From: a virus
Strand: one strand, 5' to 3'
IMG/VR virus record: IMGVR_UViG_3300030419_007436
Coordinates: 64,001-128,000 of that record
Length of the DNA stretch: 64,000 nt
The position numbers were made by a program, and so were the translations under genes. Below are positions 20,335-29,557 of the stretch, piece by piece. Within the stretch, counting starts at the first letter, position 1. Each line of letters begins with the position of its first letter. A model generated the notes under the pieces. It was not told the DNA's origin. It was given only the letters and a program-made list of their open reading frames with translations, and searched no databases.

Positions 20335-20484
20335 TTATTCGTTTTCTTCGTCTTCTTCGTCTTCTTCAAAGAGATGAGACTCATCTCTGCGCCCTTTATA
20401 TATAGGGCTCTCTGGTCATTCGCGAAGAGCGCTAATTTCTTCTAAAATTAACTCTTTTAAATAATCTTTTGTAAGTTTTTTCAT
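20335..20484 (-). pseudogene. Class I-leader ORF interrupted by an in-frame TGA (nonsense allele or readthrough)
   Basis: MKKLTKDYLKELILEEISALRE*PESPIYKGRRDESHLFEEDEEDEENE*; TGA at 20416-20418. Confidence 0.5.
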
Positions 20485-20495
20485 TTTTAGCTCCA

Positions 20496-21284
20496 TTAAA
20501 TGTTGATTTTTACAATCTCACTTCCTATTCCATTAACTGACATCATTTTATCATATGACATAATTTTTAAACTAGATAGTTTATGTAAATAGTCGTTACG
20601 GCGCAGAACTTTATAAACTAAATTCTCAACAGAATATTCTCCGCCCTTTTCTAAACCACCTTGTCTAAATTTCCTTAATTTTTCTCGAAGCTTGTTGGCT
20701 TCGTCGTGTGCAAATTTATATTTTTTTTCTGCAAAATCATCGTATATATCATCAATGTGATTCATAAACTTTGCAGCTTTTTTCTTTACGTTGGCTTCAT
20801 CAATTTGTGGATTATATCTAGAAGGTGTTTTATTCCACCTATCATATTTTATTGAATAAACACCTGTAGAATGGTGTTGCTCTCTAGAATCCTGTACATA
20901 TAATTCTACATCATGGCCTTTAATTCTAATATTGTGGGTTTTGTTCCACATTGAAGAAACACTTCTAAAAAGATCTGTTACCAGCTTTTCATTTTCATCA
21001 ACTTGAGAATAATCTACCAGTATATGCAAATCCACGTCTGAATATCGAGACCAATTATAGTTTGCTAAAGAACCTGTTAGGGTAACATCTTTTACGAGAG
21101 ACCATTCTAGGCCTAAATTTTGAAAGAAGTTTTTTGCAATTTTATAAAGATGTTTAGAAATATATTCTTTTAATTTATTTTTTTCCCATATAACGGGATC
21201 TAAATTATCCTTAATTGTAAAACCAGACATTTTAACATCTTCAGGGTCTATAATCTCTTCTAAATATTCTTTAAAAGCTTTCAT
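20496..21284 (-). CDS. Pol-beta-type nucleotidyltransferase with T4-CTS-like N-terminus
   Basis: LTGSLANYNWSRYSDVDLH (GS..DxD) and DVELY; N-terminus MKAFKEYLEE. Confidence 0.75.
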   Translation of the reverse strand: MKAFKEYLEEIIDPEDVKMSGFTIKDNLDPVIWEKNKLKEYISKHLYKIAKNFFQNLGLEWSLVKDVTLTGSLANYNWSRYSDVDLHILVDYSQVDENEKLVTDLFRSVSSMWNKTHNIRIKGHDVELYVQDSREQHHSTGVYSIKYDRWNKTPSRYNPQIDEANVKKKAAKFMNHIDDIYDDFAEKKYKFAHDEANKLREKLRKFRQGGLEKGGEYSVENLVYKVLRRNDYLHKLSSLKIMSYDKMMSVNGIGSEIVKINI

Positions 21285-21288
21285 TTAA

Positions 21289-21744
21289 TTAGTTCCAATC
21301 TTCTTGGTCGTCGTCCCAAAGGCCCGCACTCTCTTCTGGTGTCATCGGAGTCGACGGACCTTCTCTGCGCGCCAAGGCCTCTTCTTTGTCATAACGTCGT
21401 CTAAGGCTCTCTTCGTAATCATCTTCTGGTTTTGAGAGTGCAGGGTCATGACCAAGCATTGAACTAGCTTGTTCAGCTATTGGCAAAAGAGCATCCATCA
21501 GCAATTCTTCAAATTCTAAAGCAAGATCATTTTCGTGCATTTGCCCAGGCCCATCGCCAATTTTACCTTCGGCTTCAAACTCGCTAAGTAATACATCTTG
21601 TAGGGCGCTAACAAGCTTATCATTTATTTGATACACAGGACCAGCAGCCCATTTCGATTCAGGGTGTACATCGTCTGGCCAATCAGCAGCCTCTCTAAGT
21701 TCTTCTTTAATTATTTGTTTAAGCCTTTCGATTTTAATACGCAT
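21289..21744 (-). CDS. Acidic hypothetical protein with class I leader
   Basis: MRIKIERLKQIIKEELREA. Confidence 0.7.
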   Translation of the reverse strand: MRIKIERLKQIIKEELREAADWPDDVHPESKWAAGPVYQINDKLVSALQDVLLSEFEAEGKIGDGPGQMHENDLALEFEELLMDALLPIAEQASSMLGHDPALSKPEDDYEESLRRRYDKEEALARREGPSTPMTPEESAGLWDDDQEDWN

Positions 21745-21979
21745 TTTCTGCCTCCTTCATATATTGTTCTTGTACATAAACATTTTTTCCTAATTTAACA
21801 TATTTGTTATTTCGTCTTCTTTTTCTTTTTTTGAGGATTTGACAGAGGTGTTCATTTTTCATTTTTAAAGATATAATTTTATCTGTTAGACGTTTGTTTG
21901 ACCAAAGTAAAGATCCTGTCCATAACATTAACACCCCATAAAAGAAAGCTGCTTCAAGTATGTTTAATTCAAAAGTCAT
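21734..21979 (-). CDS. Small membrane protein
   Basis: One hydrophobic helix and a basic tail. Confidence 0.55.
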   Translation of the reverse strand: MTFELNILEAAFFYGVLMLWTGSLLWSNKRLTDKIISLKMKNEHLCQILKKRKRRRNNKYVKLGKNVYVQEQYMKEAENAY

Positions 21980-22014
21980 TATAAATCTCTTCCTTTATTA
22001 TAATTAGAACTTTA

Positions 22015-22635
22015 TTATCCCAGTTCCTTAATTATTTTTTCAACATCCCCATCATCATACACAATATATACATCTTCATCCAATCCAAGTACTTTTTCTT
22101 GCATGTCGCTGGCTTCTTGTCTGGCCCTAGAAAGTCTTTCTTCATATTCTTCTTGAGATTTATACTCTCCTTTATTTAGGCGCTTTAAATGTCGTCTTTC
22201 TAGCTCCTCTGTAGATGGAGGCGCCGAAAAAACAAGTATTAATTCTTTTCCGTATTTTGCTGCAACATTCCTTAAGTCATTCTCATCCTTACTTCCATCA
22301 ATACTTGTTTCGTCTGTAACTAATATTGCTTTTTGAGCATTTAAAAAATCTTCTAATTTTGTTCCATAATAATTACCACCGTATTGATTAGTATTAATTA
22401 ATTGTCCACTTTTGTCTTTTTCTAACCAGTCCTCTTCTGTTGTAAAATCATATTCAACATCTTCTTCGCCCCTCGGCGGGCGAGTAACTAATGAAACTAA
22501 TTCCTTCCATCCGTGTTTTTTAAATATATTTTTTTGTCTAGACTTTCCAGATCCAGATGGTCCAAATATGGCAACAACCTTACCAGATTTAGATTCTTTC
22601 AGATATTGGCGCCAGTTTTCAAATAAGAGTTTCAA
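22015..22635 (-). CDS. Guanylate kinase-like protein with class II leader
   Basis: GPSGSGKS P-loop, VTRPPR, NYYGT; TTG start. Confidence 0.8.
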   Translation of the reverse strand: MKLLFENWRQYLKESKSGKVVAIFGPSGSGKSRQKNIFKKHGWKELVSLVTRPPRGEEDVEYDFTTEEDWLEKDKSGQLINTNQYGGNYYGTKLEDFLNAQKAILVTDETSIDGSKDENDLRNVAAKYGKELILVFSAPPSTEELERRHLKRLNKGEYKSQEEYEERLSRARQEASDMQEKVLGLDEDVYIVYDDGDVEKIIKELG

Positions 22636-22844
22636 TCTTTTTTAAATCTCCTAAATGTGTAAGTATTCCATTGATCTAGTTGATTAGTCGTGTTAGATAA
22701 ATTCCATCGTTCTGGTATATTACAAACTGGTATTAGTGCATGCAAAAGAAATACAAGGCCTCTAAAAATTAAAGTTAATCCAATTTTACCAGCAAATAGT
22801 AGATGACTTAAGTAAGTCTCGTTATTTTCTTTTAGATGCATCAT
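22632..22844 (-). CDS. Small membrane protein (DUF6356-like)
   Basis: ETYLSHLLFA...LLHALIP pattern. Confidence 0.5.
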   Translation of the reverse strand: MMHLKENNETYLSHLLFAGKIGLTLIFRGLVFLLHALIPVCNIPERWNLSNTTNQLDQWNTYTFRRFKKD

Positions 22845-23749
22845 TATAACAATTCCTTTGTAATAGAAAGTGATTCTTCACTACTCGCAATTTCATCTGA
22901 AGTTAATTGTACATCCACACCAAGCTGTTTGAGTTTTTCATATTTTTCAGAGTTTTGCCAGTGAGCTTTAATTTCTTCCATGGTTTCAGAATCGTATTCA
23001 TCAACTAGTTGAACCAAGACAACGCCATTATTATCGATATTCATATTTTTTATTGGCATCTCAACGTAGTCTTCAATCATATTAATAATTTCCGGATCTA
23101 ACTCCGGAGTATCTACTTCTACTTTAACTAACTCCTTTCTTTCAGGGTCTAATCTATATCCTGTAATCTCAGGATCAACCTCTCCAACTTGATCAAAATC
23201 AAATCCTGGCAATATTGCTATTTTCTGAGGGGGAAAATACCCTCTATCTAAAAAGAAAGCAGCTTGGCCCACAACCTCTGTAAACAAGGCGCCTGCAGCT
23301 GAAGGAGGAACAGTCTTCATGTGAGCATTATAAGAGGCAATTTCTCCTTCAAAAGTAAAATCGGTATCTCTCTGACAGTGTGTCATATAATCGTGTACTG
23401 CTCGTAGCTTTAAATTTAGTTCTGGGCTAAATATTTGATGTTCTGTGCCACCTTTCCATATCTTTAGTATACCATTATTAAGGGCATCAGCACACATTTC
23501 TTTTGGCCCCTCATATGGATCTTCATCAACAAACTGTATATCCACTCTAGAAGATATTCTTTTGAACATTTTATCTACAAATGGCTCTATTGCTTCGAAT
23601 GCGCCAACAGCCTCTTGATCAAATATGGGAGCTTCATCATAAGCTTTCGCTACTAATTCTCTATATTTATCCCATCCATCAGGTCCAGGCTTGAGCATTA
23701 ACTTTTCTGTTAGTAGGAATTTTCGCCAATTTTCAAATAATAGTTTCAT
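22844..23749 (-). CDS. Conserved phage domain with HDxxxH motif and class II leader
   Basis: RAVHDYMTH...GE...H...FTEVVGQ...FPPQK; function unknown. Confidence 0.65.
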   Translation of the reverse strand: MKLLFENWRKFLLTEKLMLKPGPDGWDKYRELVAKAYDEAPIFDQEAVGAFEAIEPFVDKMFKRISSRVDIQFVDEDPYEGPKEMCADALNNGILKIWKGGTEHQIFSPELNLKLRAVHDYMTHCQRDTDFTFEGEIASYNAHMKTVPPSAAGALFTEVVGQAAFFLDRGYFPPQKIAILPGFDFDQVGEVDPEITGYRLDPERKELVKVEVDTPELDPEIINMIEDYVEMPIKNMNIDNNGVVLVQLVDEYDSETMEEIKAHWQNSEKYEKLKQLGVDVQLTSDEIASSEESLSITKELL

Positions 23750-24777
23750 TATTGAGCCCTTCTGACAAATATTTTTTCAGCTGCAATATTACCAATCGCT
23801 AACACCTCTTCCTCATCTCTAAAAGTTTTTAAAACATTGACTTTGTTTTTATCTAGCGTTTTGGCAACATCAATAAATTTATCTCCAGAGGTTTGAAAAA
23901 TAATTTCAAATCTATCGCCATGCGTTGCCGTTGTTTGATCAGCAAACCTTTCAGCTTGTTTCCAACTCTTTGTAAATGATTTTCCCCCTTCTTGTGCGGC
24001 TATCGTGATTCCTGATCCTGGAAGTTTAATTTCAACCCATTTACCCGGCTGGCTCCAGACTTCTTGAAATTGTTTTCTGAAAAAATAATCTGCAGAATTA
24101 GCAGGATTTGGTCCTTTGCCCGCGCGGTACGCAATATAATCAAGCGGTTTACGATTTTTAATTCCGGGAATATTTAATTGGTCTACTAGCTGCATGAAAT
24201 TATTTGCTCTAGCTCCTCGAAAAGCTTTTCCAGAATATCCGACTGCCTTTCCCTCTTTTGCCATTTTTAAAAGTCTATTCATATCTCCCCTTTTAAGAAC
24301 ACCAAAGCCTTGAGTAGTTTCCATATATATTTTGAGTTTTTCTATGGACACTTTACCCGCGTCGTCAATTTTGTTGGCCATTTTTGCGCCATCTGAGACT
24401 CCATCAAACATCTTTTTACCTTTATCGGTAACTGTTTTTGTGGTTCTCATTAATTTGGCAGCCTTTGCTGGCGCAGCGGCTTTTCCAAGTACAGGAATAA
24501 TTGCAAGAAGTGCTAAAAGCCATTCTCCTCCAGCCTTCATTGTTCTCTGATCGTTTAAATTTTTCGTTGCTGCAGCAAATTCTGGCCACGATAAAATACC
24601 TGTCGGTTCTACAATAGAAACAATTTGTCTTATTGTATCTGCCTGTTCAACGGTCATTTTACTAGAAAGGCTTACTAAGGCATCAAGAGTACGCTCTTCA
24701 GAAGGTCCGCCCATTCCTGTTATTTCGTTTAAAGATTCTTTTCTAAAATTTCGCCAATTTTCAAATAGTAGTTTCAT
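23749..24777 (-). CDS. ADP-ribosyltransferase-like protein with class II leader and pre-toxin-like hydrophobic segment
   Basis: AFRG / SFTKS..A..FA / EEEVL match the R-S-E triad; LLAIIPVLGKAA. Confidence 0.55.
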   Translation of the reverse strand: MKLLFENWRNFRKESLNEITGMGGPSEERTLDALVSLSSKMTVEQADTIRQIVSIVEPTGILSWPEFAAATKNLNDQRTMKAGGEWLLALLAIIPVLGKAAAPAKAAKLMRTTKTVTDKGKKMFDGVSDGAKMANKIDDAGKVSIEKLKIYMETTQGFGVLKRGDMNRLLKMAKEGKAVGYSGKAFRGARANNFMQLVDQLNIPGIKNRKPLDYIAYRAGKGPNPANSADYFFRKQFQEVWSQPGKWVEIKLPGSGITIAAQEGGKSFTKSWKQAERFADQTTATHGDRFEIIFQTSGDKFIDVAKTLDKNKVNVLKTFRDEEEVLAIGNIAAEKIFVRRAQ

Positions 24778-24786
24778 TATTATTAA

Positions 24787-24987
24787 TTAGTTGTGAGTGC
24801 GTGAAACCAACTCTAATGTGAAGTCTAGACACCAAAATTCTTCACCATCTAGCCAAAGCACTTTTACATCTGCTATTTTTTCTGGTGGTTCGAATTCTGG
24901 GGCATTTTTTATTTCTGTAACGAGGCCAAGTTTTCTGGTGCAATCAAATTGTACTAAATCTCCAATCTGAAATTTATCAGAGGGCAT
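24787..24987 (-). CDS. GDLV-family small beta-barrel protein (stand-alone copy)
   Basis: IGDLVQF...GLV...VLW...LELVSR. Confidence 0.7.
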   Translation of the reverse strand: MPSDKFQIGDLVQFDCTRKLGLVTEIKNAPEFEPPEKIADVKVLWLDGEEFWCLDFTLELVSRTHN

Positions 24988-24988
24988 A

Positions 24989-25420
24989 TTAAAACCACTC
25001 TACATCTTTAAAAATATCTTTTAGTTGGTTAAAGAAATCAGAAATAACTTTTTTGTCTTCTTCTGATATTGCTCCGTTATCTGCAATTATTACTTTATCG
25101 TTTCCATTGCCGTCAACATATTTTACAATGCCTACTGGTTTTAAATTTTGAGATTTAGAGTCTGAACTGGGAGATATTACAAAGTCCCAGCCCATATTAT
25201 CGGCTGGATTAATTGCATCCGTCCACTCACCATAATCAAATGGCAGTTCTAGTTGTGTACCACCTTTAAAGGCCTTCGTAGAGCCTTTAGGACTATCTAT
25301 ATTACGATTTTGATTTGCTTCTGGATTTTGATTTAGATATCCAATTAGATTTTCATATGAATCTAGAGATTTTTCTTCTTCGGTGAGATATTGACGCCAA
25401 CTTTCAAATAATGTCTTCAC
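24989..25420 (-). CDS. Inorganic pyrophosphatase-like domain with class II leader
   Basis: MKTLFESWRQYLTEEE; PFDYG...ADNMGWDFVI...NDKVII resembles PPase motifs. Confidence 0.45.
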   Translation of the reverse strand: MKTLFESWRQYLTEEEKSLDSYENLIGYLNQNPEANQNRNIDSPKGSTKAFKGGTQLELPFDYGEWTDAINPADNMGWDFVISPSSDSKSQNLKPVGIVKYVDGNGNDKVIIADNGAISEEDKKVISDFFNQLKDIFKDVEWF

Positions 25421-25435
25421 ATTATAAGTAGTAGC

Positions 25436-25648
25436 TTATTGTGCTTCTGGCGGCTCTAAGATATGGCCGCATTCTTTGCATTGAAAACATTGTACAGGAA
25501 ACTTAAGTTCTTGACCTGTTGGCGAAATTAGAGCAGAAAGTTTTTTTACCATTATTACTGGTGTAAAATATAAACTTTCGCACTTTTCACATCCAACGTC
25601 TTCTGCTTGTTTTAAATCAACGTTAATTTGATGTTGTCCTTGTTGCAT
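25436..25648 (-). CDS. Zinc-ribbon protein
   Basis: CEKC and CKECGH. Confidence 0.7.
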   Translation of the reverse strand: MQQGQHQINVDLKQAEDVGCEKCESLYFTPVIMVKKLSALISPTGQELKFPVQCFQCKECGHILEPPEAQ

Positions 25649-25709
25649 ATTTATTCCCTTTTATTTTATCATTAAAAACATTTTTACTGTTTCTATTATT
25701 TTATCTATT

Positions 25710-25922
25710 TTAGACTGTTGGGGTTGTTCCGCCTGGACGAAAAAGTTTTTCATGCACAACCTTAAATCTAGAATTAACATCTTCTATTAATTGTGTATAA
25801 TTTTGTTTAAGTACTACAACTTCTTCAGCTAACGCATTGTTTGCTGCAGCAAGTCTTCCAACAGTTTTACGTACATCTTCAATCGATTCTTGAACTTTAG
25901 CGTTTGAATTTTTATCTACCAT
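25710..25922 (-). CDS. Small coiled-coil protein
   Basis: ORF with AGGAGG RBS. Confidence 0.6.
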   Translation of the reverse strand: MVDKNSNAKVQESIEDVRKTVGRLAAANNALAEEVVVLKQNYTQLIEDVNSRFKVVHEKLFRPGGTTPTV

Positions 25923-25995
25923 GGTACACCTCCTTATGTGTCATCTAGGCCTTCTAACAATACTAGCATGTTTTAAAACAATATTTAATATTTTT

Positions 25996-26241
25996 TTAAT
26001 AGGAATCGGATTCTATTAAGTCTAATAATTCTTTCTCTAAGGTATCAATTTTATTCTCTAATTCTCGGGCCTCTTCAACTCTTTCATAGTGGCCATATGA
26101 AATTAATGTTCTAACTTCTTTCAAGCTTTCTGAGGCTCTTTTGATCCTTTTCTTGAGACTTTCTTCTTTGAAACTTATAACGTTCATGCTATAATTATAA
26201 TAAGTATATAACTGTTTTTTAAGTTGGCACACCCTTTGCAA
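25996..26241 (-). CDS. Small hypothetical protein (true start may be MNVISF)
   Basis: ORF track. Confidence 0.5.
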   Translation of the reverse strand: MQRVCQLKKQLYTYYNYSMNVISFKEESLKKRIKRASESLKEVRTLISYGHYERVEEARELENKIDTLEKELLDLIESDSY

Positions 26242-26269
26242 TAAAAATAGTTATATAAGGAGTAATATT

Positions 26270-26752
26270 ATGGAAATATGTTTAATATTTATGTTATCTA
26301 ACGGTTTTGCACTAGGTACCGCTGAATGTCAACAACAACTATTTGTTGGAGATGGGTTGGTTACGCCACACGAAGTGGTATATAATTCACACCCTGAAGA
26401 ATGTTGGGATGGGTACTTATTTTATATACCGTATAATAGAGTACACGTAGCTCACCACACGCGCTACGTAAAATATCATGTTGTCCGCAAAAGACATGTC
26501 AATAGAATCAGATATCACGGTAAAGTACATCATCACAAACGCTATAAACGCTATAAGCGTTATAAAAGGCCACGGGTAAAATACCGTCGACATAAACGAC
26601 TAATAAGAATGAAACCCAGGTATGCACCTCGAAAAAGGGTTTATAATAGAACCGTAATTAATAGACATTATTATGGGAATAATTCTTCGAAAAATAAGAA
26701 TCACAGGAGAGGAAAGGGAAAGGTTAAAAAGGGCAAGAATAAGAAGTTTTAA
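26270..26752 (+). CDS. Very basic His/Arg/Lys/Tyr-rich protein with signal-like N-terminus
   Basis: AAGGAG RBS; fills a gap between minus-strand genes; KRYKRYKRYKR. Confidence 0.6.
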   Translation: MEICLIFMLSNGFALGTAECQQQLFVGDGLVTPHEVVYNSHPEECWDGYLFYIPYNRVHVAHHTRYVKYHVVRKRHVNRIRYHGKVHHHKRYKRYKRYKRPRVKYRRHKRLIRMKPRYAPRKRVYNRTVINRHYYGNNSSKNKNHRRGKGKVKKGKNKKF

Positions 26753-26761
26753 CTAACGCCC

Positions 26762-27016
26762 CTATTCAGGGCATTTTACTTGCGACCCAAGTGTACTTGG
26801 ATCAACGGGAGCCTTCAGTCTCACAGGGCTGCATGATCCTTGACCACAATACACCTTTAAGCGTGGATTAATAAGTTTAAACACCCCTTTTTCGTCTTGA
26901 TAGCATGGATATTCTCCTTCTTTCAGGAGTGTTTCTAACAGTTCTTGCTGTTCCAATATATGATCAGTTAAAGATTCTTTGATTAGTTGTTTAAGATTGG
27001 ATTTGGTTAGTTTCAT
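26762..27016 (-). CDS. Small Cys-containing protein with class I leader; paralog of 30258..30518
   Basis: MKLTKSNLKQLIKE; PCYQDEKGVFKLIN...KVYC...C..VRLK. Confidence 0.7.
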   Translation of the reverse strand: MKLTKSNLKQLIKESLTDHILEQQELLETLLKEGEYPCYQDEKGVFKLINPRLKVYCGQGSCSPVRLKAPVDPSTLGSQVKCPE

Positions 27017-27021
27017 GTTGT

Positions 27022-27336
27022 TTATCCTTCCCACACACTTTCACATGCACTAGGATCTCCTGAGAATTTCTGTAGTCCCAGCGTACGGACCGTATCTTCT
27101 TTGCCCCATTTTTCTAGATAGGCCCGGGCCTGTCTAGCATTATCTTCCGGAGTGTTTCTTCCACCAGCTGCAGCATAAAATTTACGTGCATTGGCAATTG
27201 ACCACCCTAGTTTACACAGCGGCACCTTCTGCGCATTAACATAAGCTAGCACGTTATCAGGATAGGGCTCTTCCATAAGAACGCTTCTTAGTTCTTCTTG
27301 GATAATTTGTCTAAGTTTTGATTTGGTTAATTTCAT
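27022..27336 (-). CDS. Small protein with class I leader
   Basis: MKLTKSKLRQIIQEELRSVLMEE. Confidence 0.7.
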   Translation of the reverse strand: MKLTKSKLRQIIQEELRSVLMEEPYPDNVLAYVNAQKVPLCKLGWSIANARKFYAAAGGRNTPEDNARQARAYLEKWGKEDTVRTLGLQKFSGDPSACESVWEG

Positions 27337-27360
27337 TTTTAGTTTTTTCCTTGTTGTTGG

Positions 27361-27636
27361 CTATAATAGAGGCCGTAAACCTATAGCTGATAGCTGCTCC
27401 TCATCCATCCCCGGGCGCATGGCACAACTGCGCACATCGCTAGCGGTTTTGGTGGCGTCTTGGCCAACACATTGAGAATTCCACAATCGCGAACATTTAC
27501 TCATACTATAAGCAGGTTCGCCCTGGGCCAATTCTTTACTTACCCTTACACACCAAGCGCTAGCTTCTTCTTCCATAAGAACGCTTCTTAGTTCTTCTTT
27601 AATAATTTGTTTAAGTCTGGATTTTGTTAATTTCAT
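27361..27636 (-). CDS. Small Cys-containing protein with class I leader
   Basis: MKLTKSRLKQIIKEELRSVLMEE; four Cys in the cargo. Confidence 0.7.
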   Translation of the reverse strand: MKLTKSRLKQIIKEELRSVLMEEEASAWCVRVSKELAQGEPAYSMSKCSRLWNSQCVGQDATKTASDVRSCAMRPGMDEEQLSAIGLRPLL

Positions 27637-27753
27637 AGAGGAATCTCCTTACTAATATTAAATAGTATAAAAATACACTAAATGCATATATTTCCTTGAC
27701 ATTATTCCGAGAGTCTGTTAATCTGTATATAAGAATAAAGGAGTTCATTCACT

Positions 27754-28185
27754 ATGAATACAAATACAATCAAAAAGTGTCTCTTGGTTTTTCTCGCATT
27801 GGGGTTGATTTCTTGCGCGAAGAAAGAAGAGACAAAAAAATACCCAGAAGTTAAATGGGTAAAATTTGAAAATTATGTTAATAATAGTTATAAACAGCCA
27901 GTTTTTGTTAATGTAACTGCCGACTGGTGTGCAAACTGTCAATACATCGAAAAGACTGTGTTAGAAACTGCAGAATTTAAAAAATATGTTGAAGAGAAGA
28001 ACGTGTTAGCAGTAGAAGCAGATGTAACGCAAGAAGAAAATTTTAATAAAGTAGAAAATTGGTTTAATGAAGTTACCAAAGAGAACTTTACTGGTGCTCA
28101 AACATATGTTGTTTTTGATAGAGGGAAGACAACAGTATTACAATCACAAAATGATGTGTTGGCTTTTTTGTGGATGTCTAAATAA
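27754..28185 (+). CDS. Thioredoxin-fold lipoprotein
   Basis: LISC lipobox; TADWCANC; TTGACA promoter-like site and AAGGAG RBS upstream. Confidence 0.8.
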   Translation: MNTNTIKKCLLVFLALGLISCAKKEETKKYPEVKWVKFENYVNNSYKQPVFVNVTADWCANCQYIEKTVLETAEFKKYVEEKNVLAVEADVTQEENFNKVENWFNEVTKENFTGAQTYVVFDRGKTTVLQSQNDVLAFLWMSK

Positions 28186-28187
28186 TT

Positions 28188-29201
28188 TTATTGGGGATCA
28201 TATTTTTTAACAAATTCTTCCCATGCTTTATATTTGTCAGAGCCCCCGTATTTCTGCGGCCCTAATCTTTCTATACGCCTTCTGAGTATTTTGGCCCGCT
28301 TCTTACGTCTTTCCGGTGGCAATGACGCCAAACGCTTGTACTCTCTTTGAGAAGCGATATTGCCTCCAAGATTAGGTACCTTGATTCCCCCAATTGGGTT
28401 CCCTGAATCAGGCGCCTGGCTTTTCTTTGGATTTTGCCCTGGAATACGTTTTTTCTTAAGGTTTTTTATAGCCTGCAACGCTTTTGATGCAGTTTGTTTA
28501 TCTGCTTCACCACTAGCGTTTTTTGATTGTGTGCGCAACGATGCAAGAATTTCTTGTCTCTTTTTAGGATCTCTTTCTGCATAATATCGATCAACCAGTC
28601 TTTGAATTTCCTTCGGGTTGACAGTTGCAGGTCCTTTTACTGTCGGCTTTGTTTTTGGATCAGCTTTTTTGGGCCCCGTTGGCGTACTGGATTTTGCTGG
28701 TGCCGCAGGCTTTTTAGCTGCGACTCCCTTCGGCGGAGGACCACCTCTATATTTACACCTAAACCATGTACGGTACGTTGCTCTTTCTGGGTGCTTTGCT
28801 GGCAGCTTTTTCCAGCCTCTGCGCAACGGAGGCCTAGGCCCACACTTACCAGACGTACGTCGACGACTTTTGCTTTTCTTGCTTTTTCTTTTAGTGCTAG
28901 TTGGTTTACCTTTCGTTTGCAGTTTTTTTAATGCAGCCATCCTTTCTTTATCGGTTTTGGTTTCTTTTTGTTTACCTCTATGATCTGCCCATGCTTTTCT
29001 AGAAGGTACCTGTCTTGGGGCTGTACCATCGGCAGGCGTGATCACGCAAAACCACTGCCCTGCTCTGGCGCCTTTCAGTGCTTTGGTACCGGGTGGGCAT
29101 GCATTTGCTGCTGTTACCTTTGATGCTTTTTCTTGTTCAAACAATATATTAGAGATTTCTTCTTGTATGATTTGTTTTAAGTAGAATTTGGTTAGTTGCA
29201 C
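28188..29201 (-). CDS. Basic, Pro/Lys-rich protein with class I leader
   Basis: GTG start, MQLTKFYLKQIIQEEI; GGAGG RBS. Confidence 0.7.
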   Translation of the reverse strand: MQLTKFYLKQIIQEEISNILFEQEKASKVTAANACPPGTKALKGARAGQWFCVITPADGTAPRQVPSRKAWADHRGKQKETKTDKERMAALKKLQTKGKPTSTKRKSKKSKSRRRTSGKCGPRPPLRRGWKKLPAKHPERATYRTWFRCKYRGGPPPKGVAAKKPAAPAKSSTPTGPKKADPKTKPTVKGPATVNPKEIQRLVDRYYAERDPKKRQEILASLRTQSKNASGEADKQTASKALQAIKNLKKKRIPGQNPKKSQAPDSGNPIGGIKVPNLGGNIASQREYKRLASLPPERRKKRAKILRRRIERLGPQKYGGSDKYKAWEEFVKKYDPQ

Positions 29202-29255
29202 AGGACGGCCTCCAATATATATAAATAGTACCTCGGCCCTTAAATCGAAAATTTT

Positions 29256-29462
29256 TTATTCCACTGTAATGCAGAATACGTCCACCCCTCGGCCTAAACA
29301 CCAGAACCGGCTCCCATTTGCCCATTGTACGTACAAATCGCGCTCATGTTCTTGGTCTCTTTCATTGTACCAATACCTAGTTTCCAACACAATACCACTG
29401 AGGGGCGCATCCCCATCGAGGATAACCAGATCGCCAATAATAGCAGTGGTACCGTTACGCAT
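29256..29462 (-). CDS. GDLV-family small beta-barrel protein (stand-alone copy)
   Basis: IGDLVIL...GIV...YVQW. Confidence 0.6.
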   Translation of the reverse strand: MRNGTTAIIGDLVILDGDAPLSGIVLETRYWYNERDQEHERDLYVQWANGSRFWCLGRGVDVFCITVE

Positions 29463-29557
29463 ATAGTAACTATTAACGCGAGATTCGAAAATATTTTTTT
29501 CTTAAGAGTTTAGAATAATTATTGTCAGCATCCAATTGAAGGGCAGATCTGCATGTA

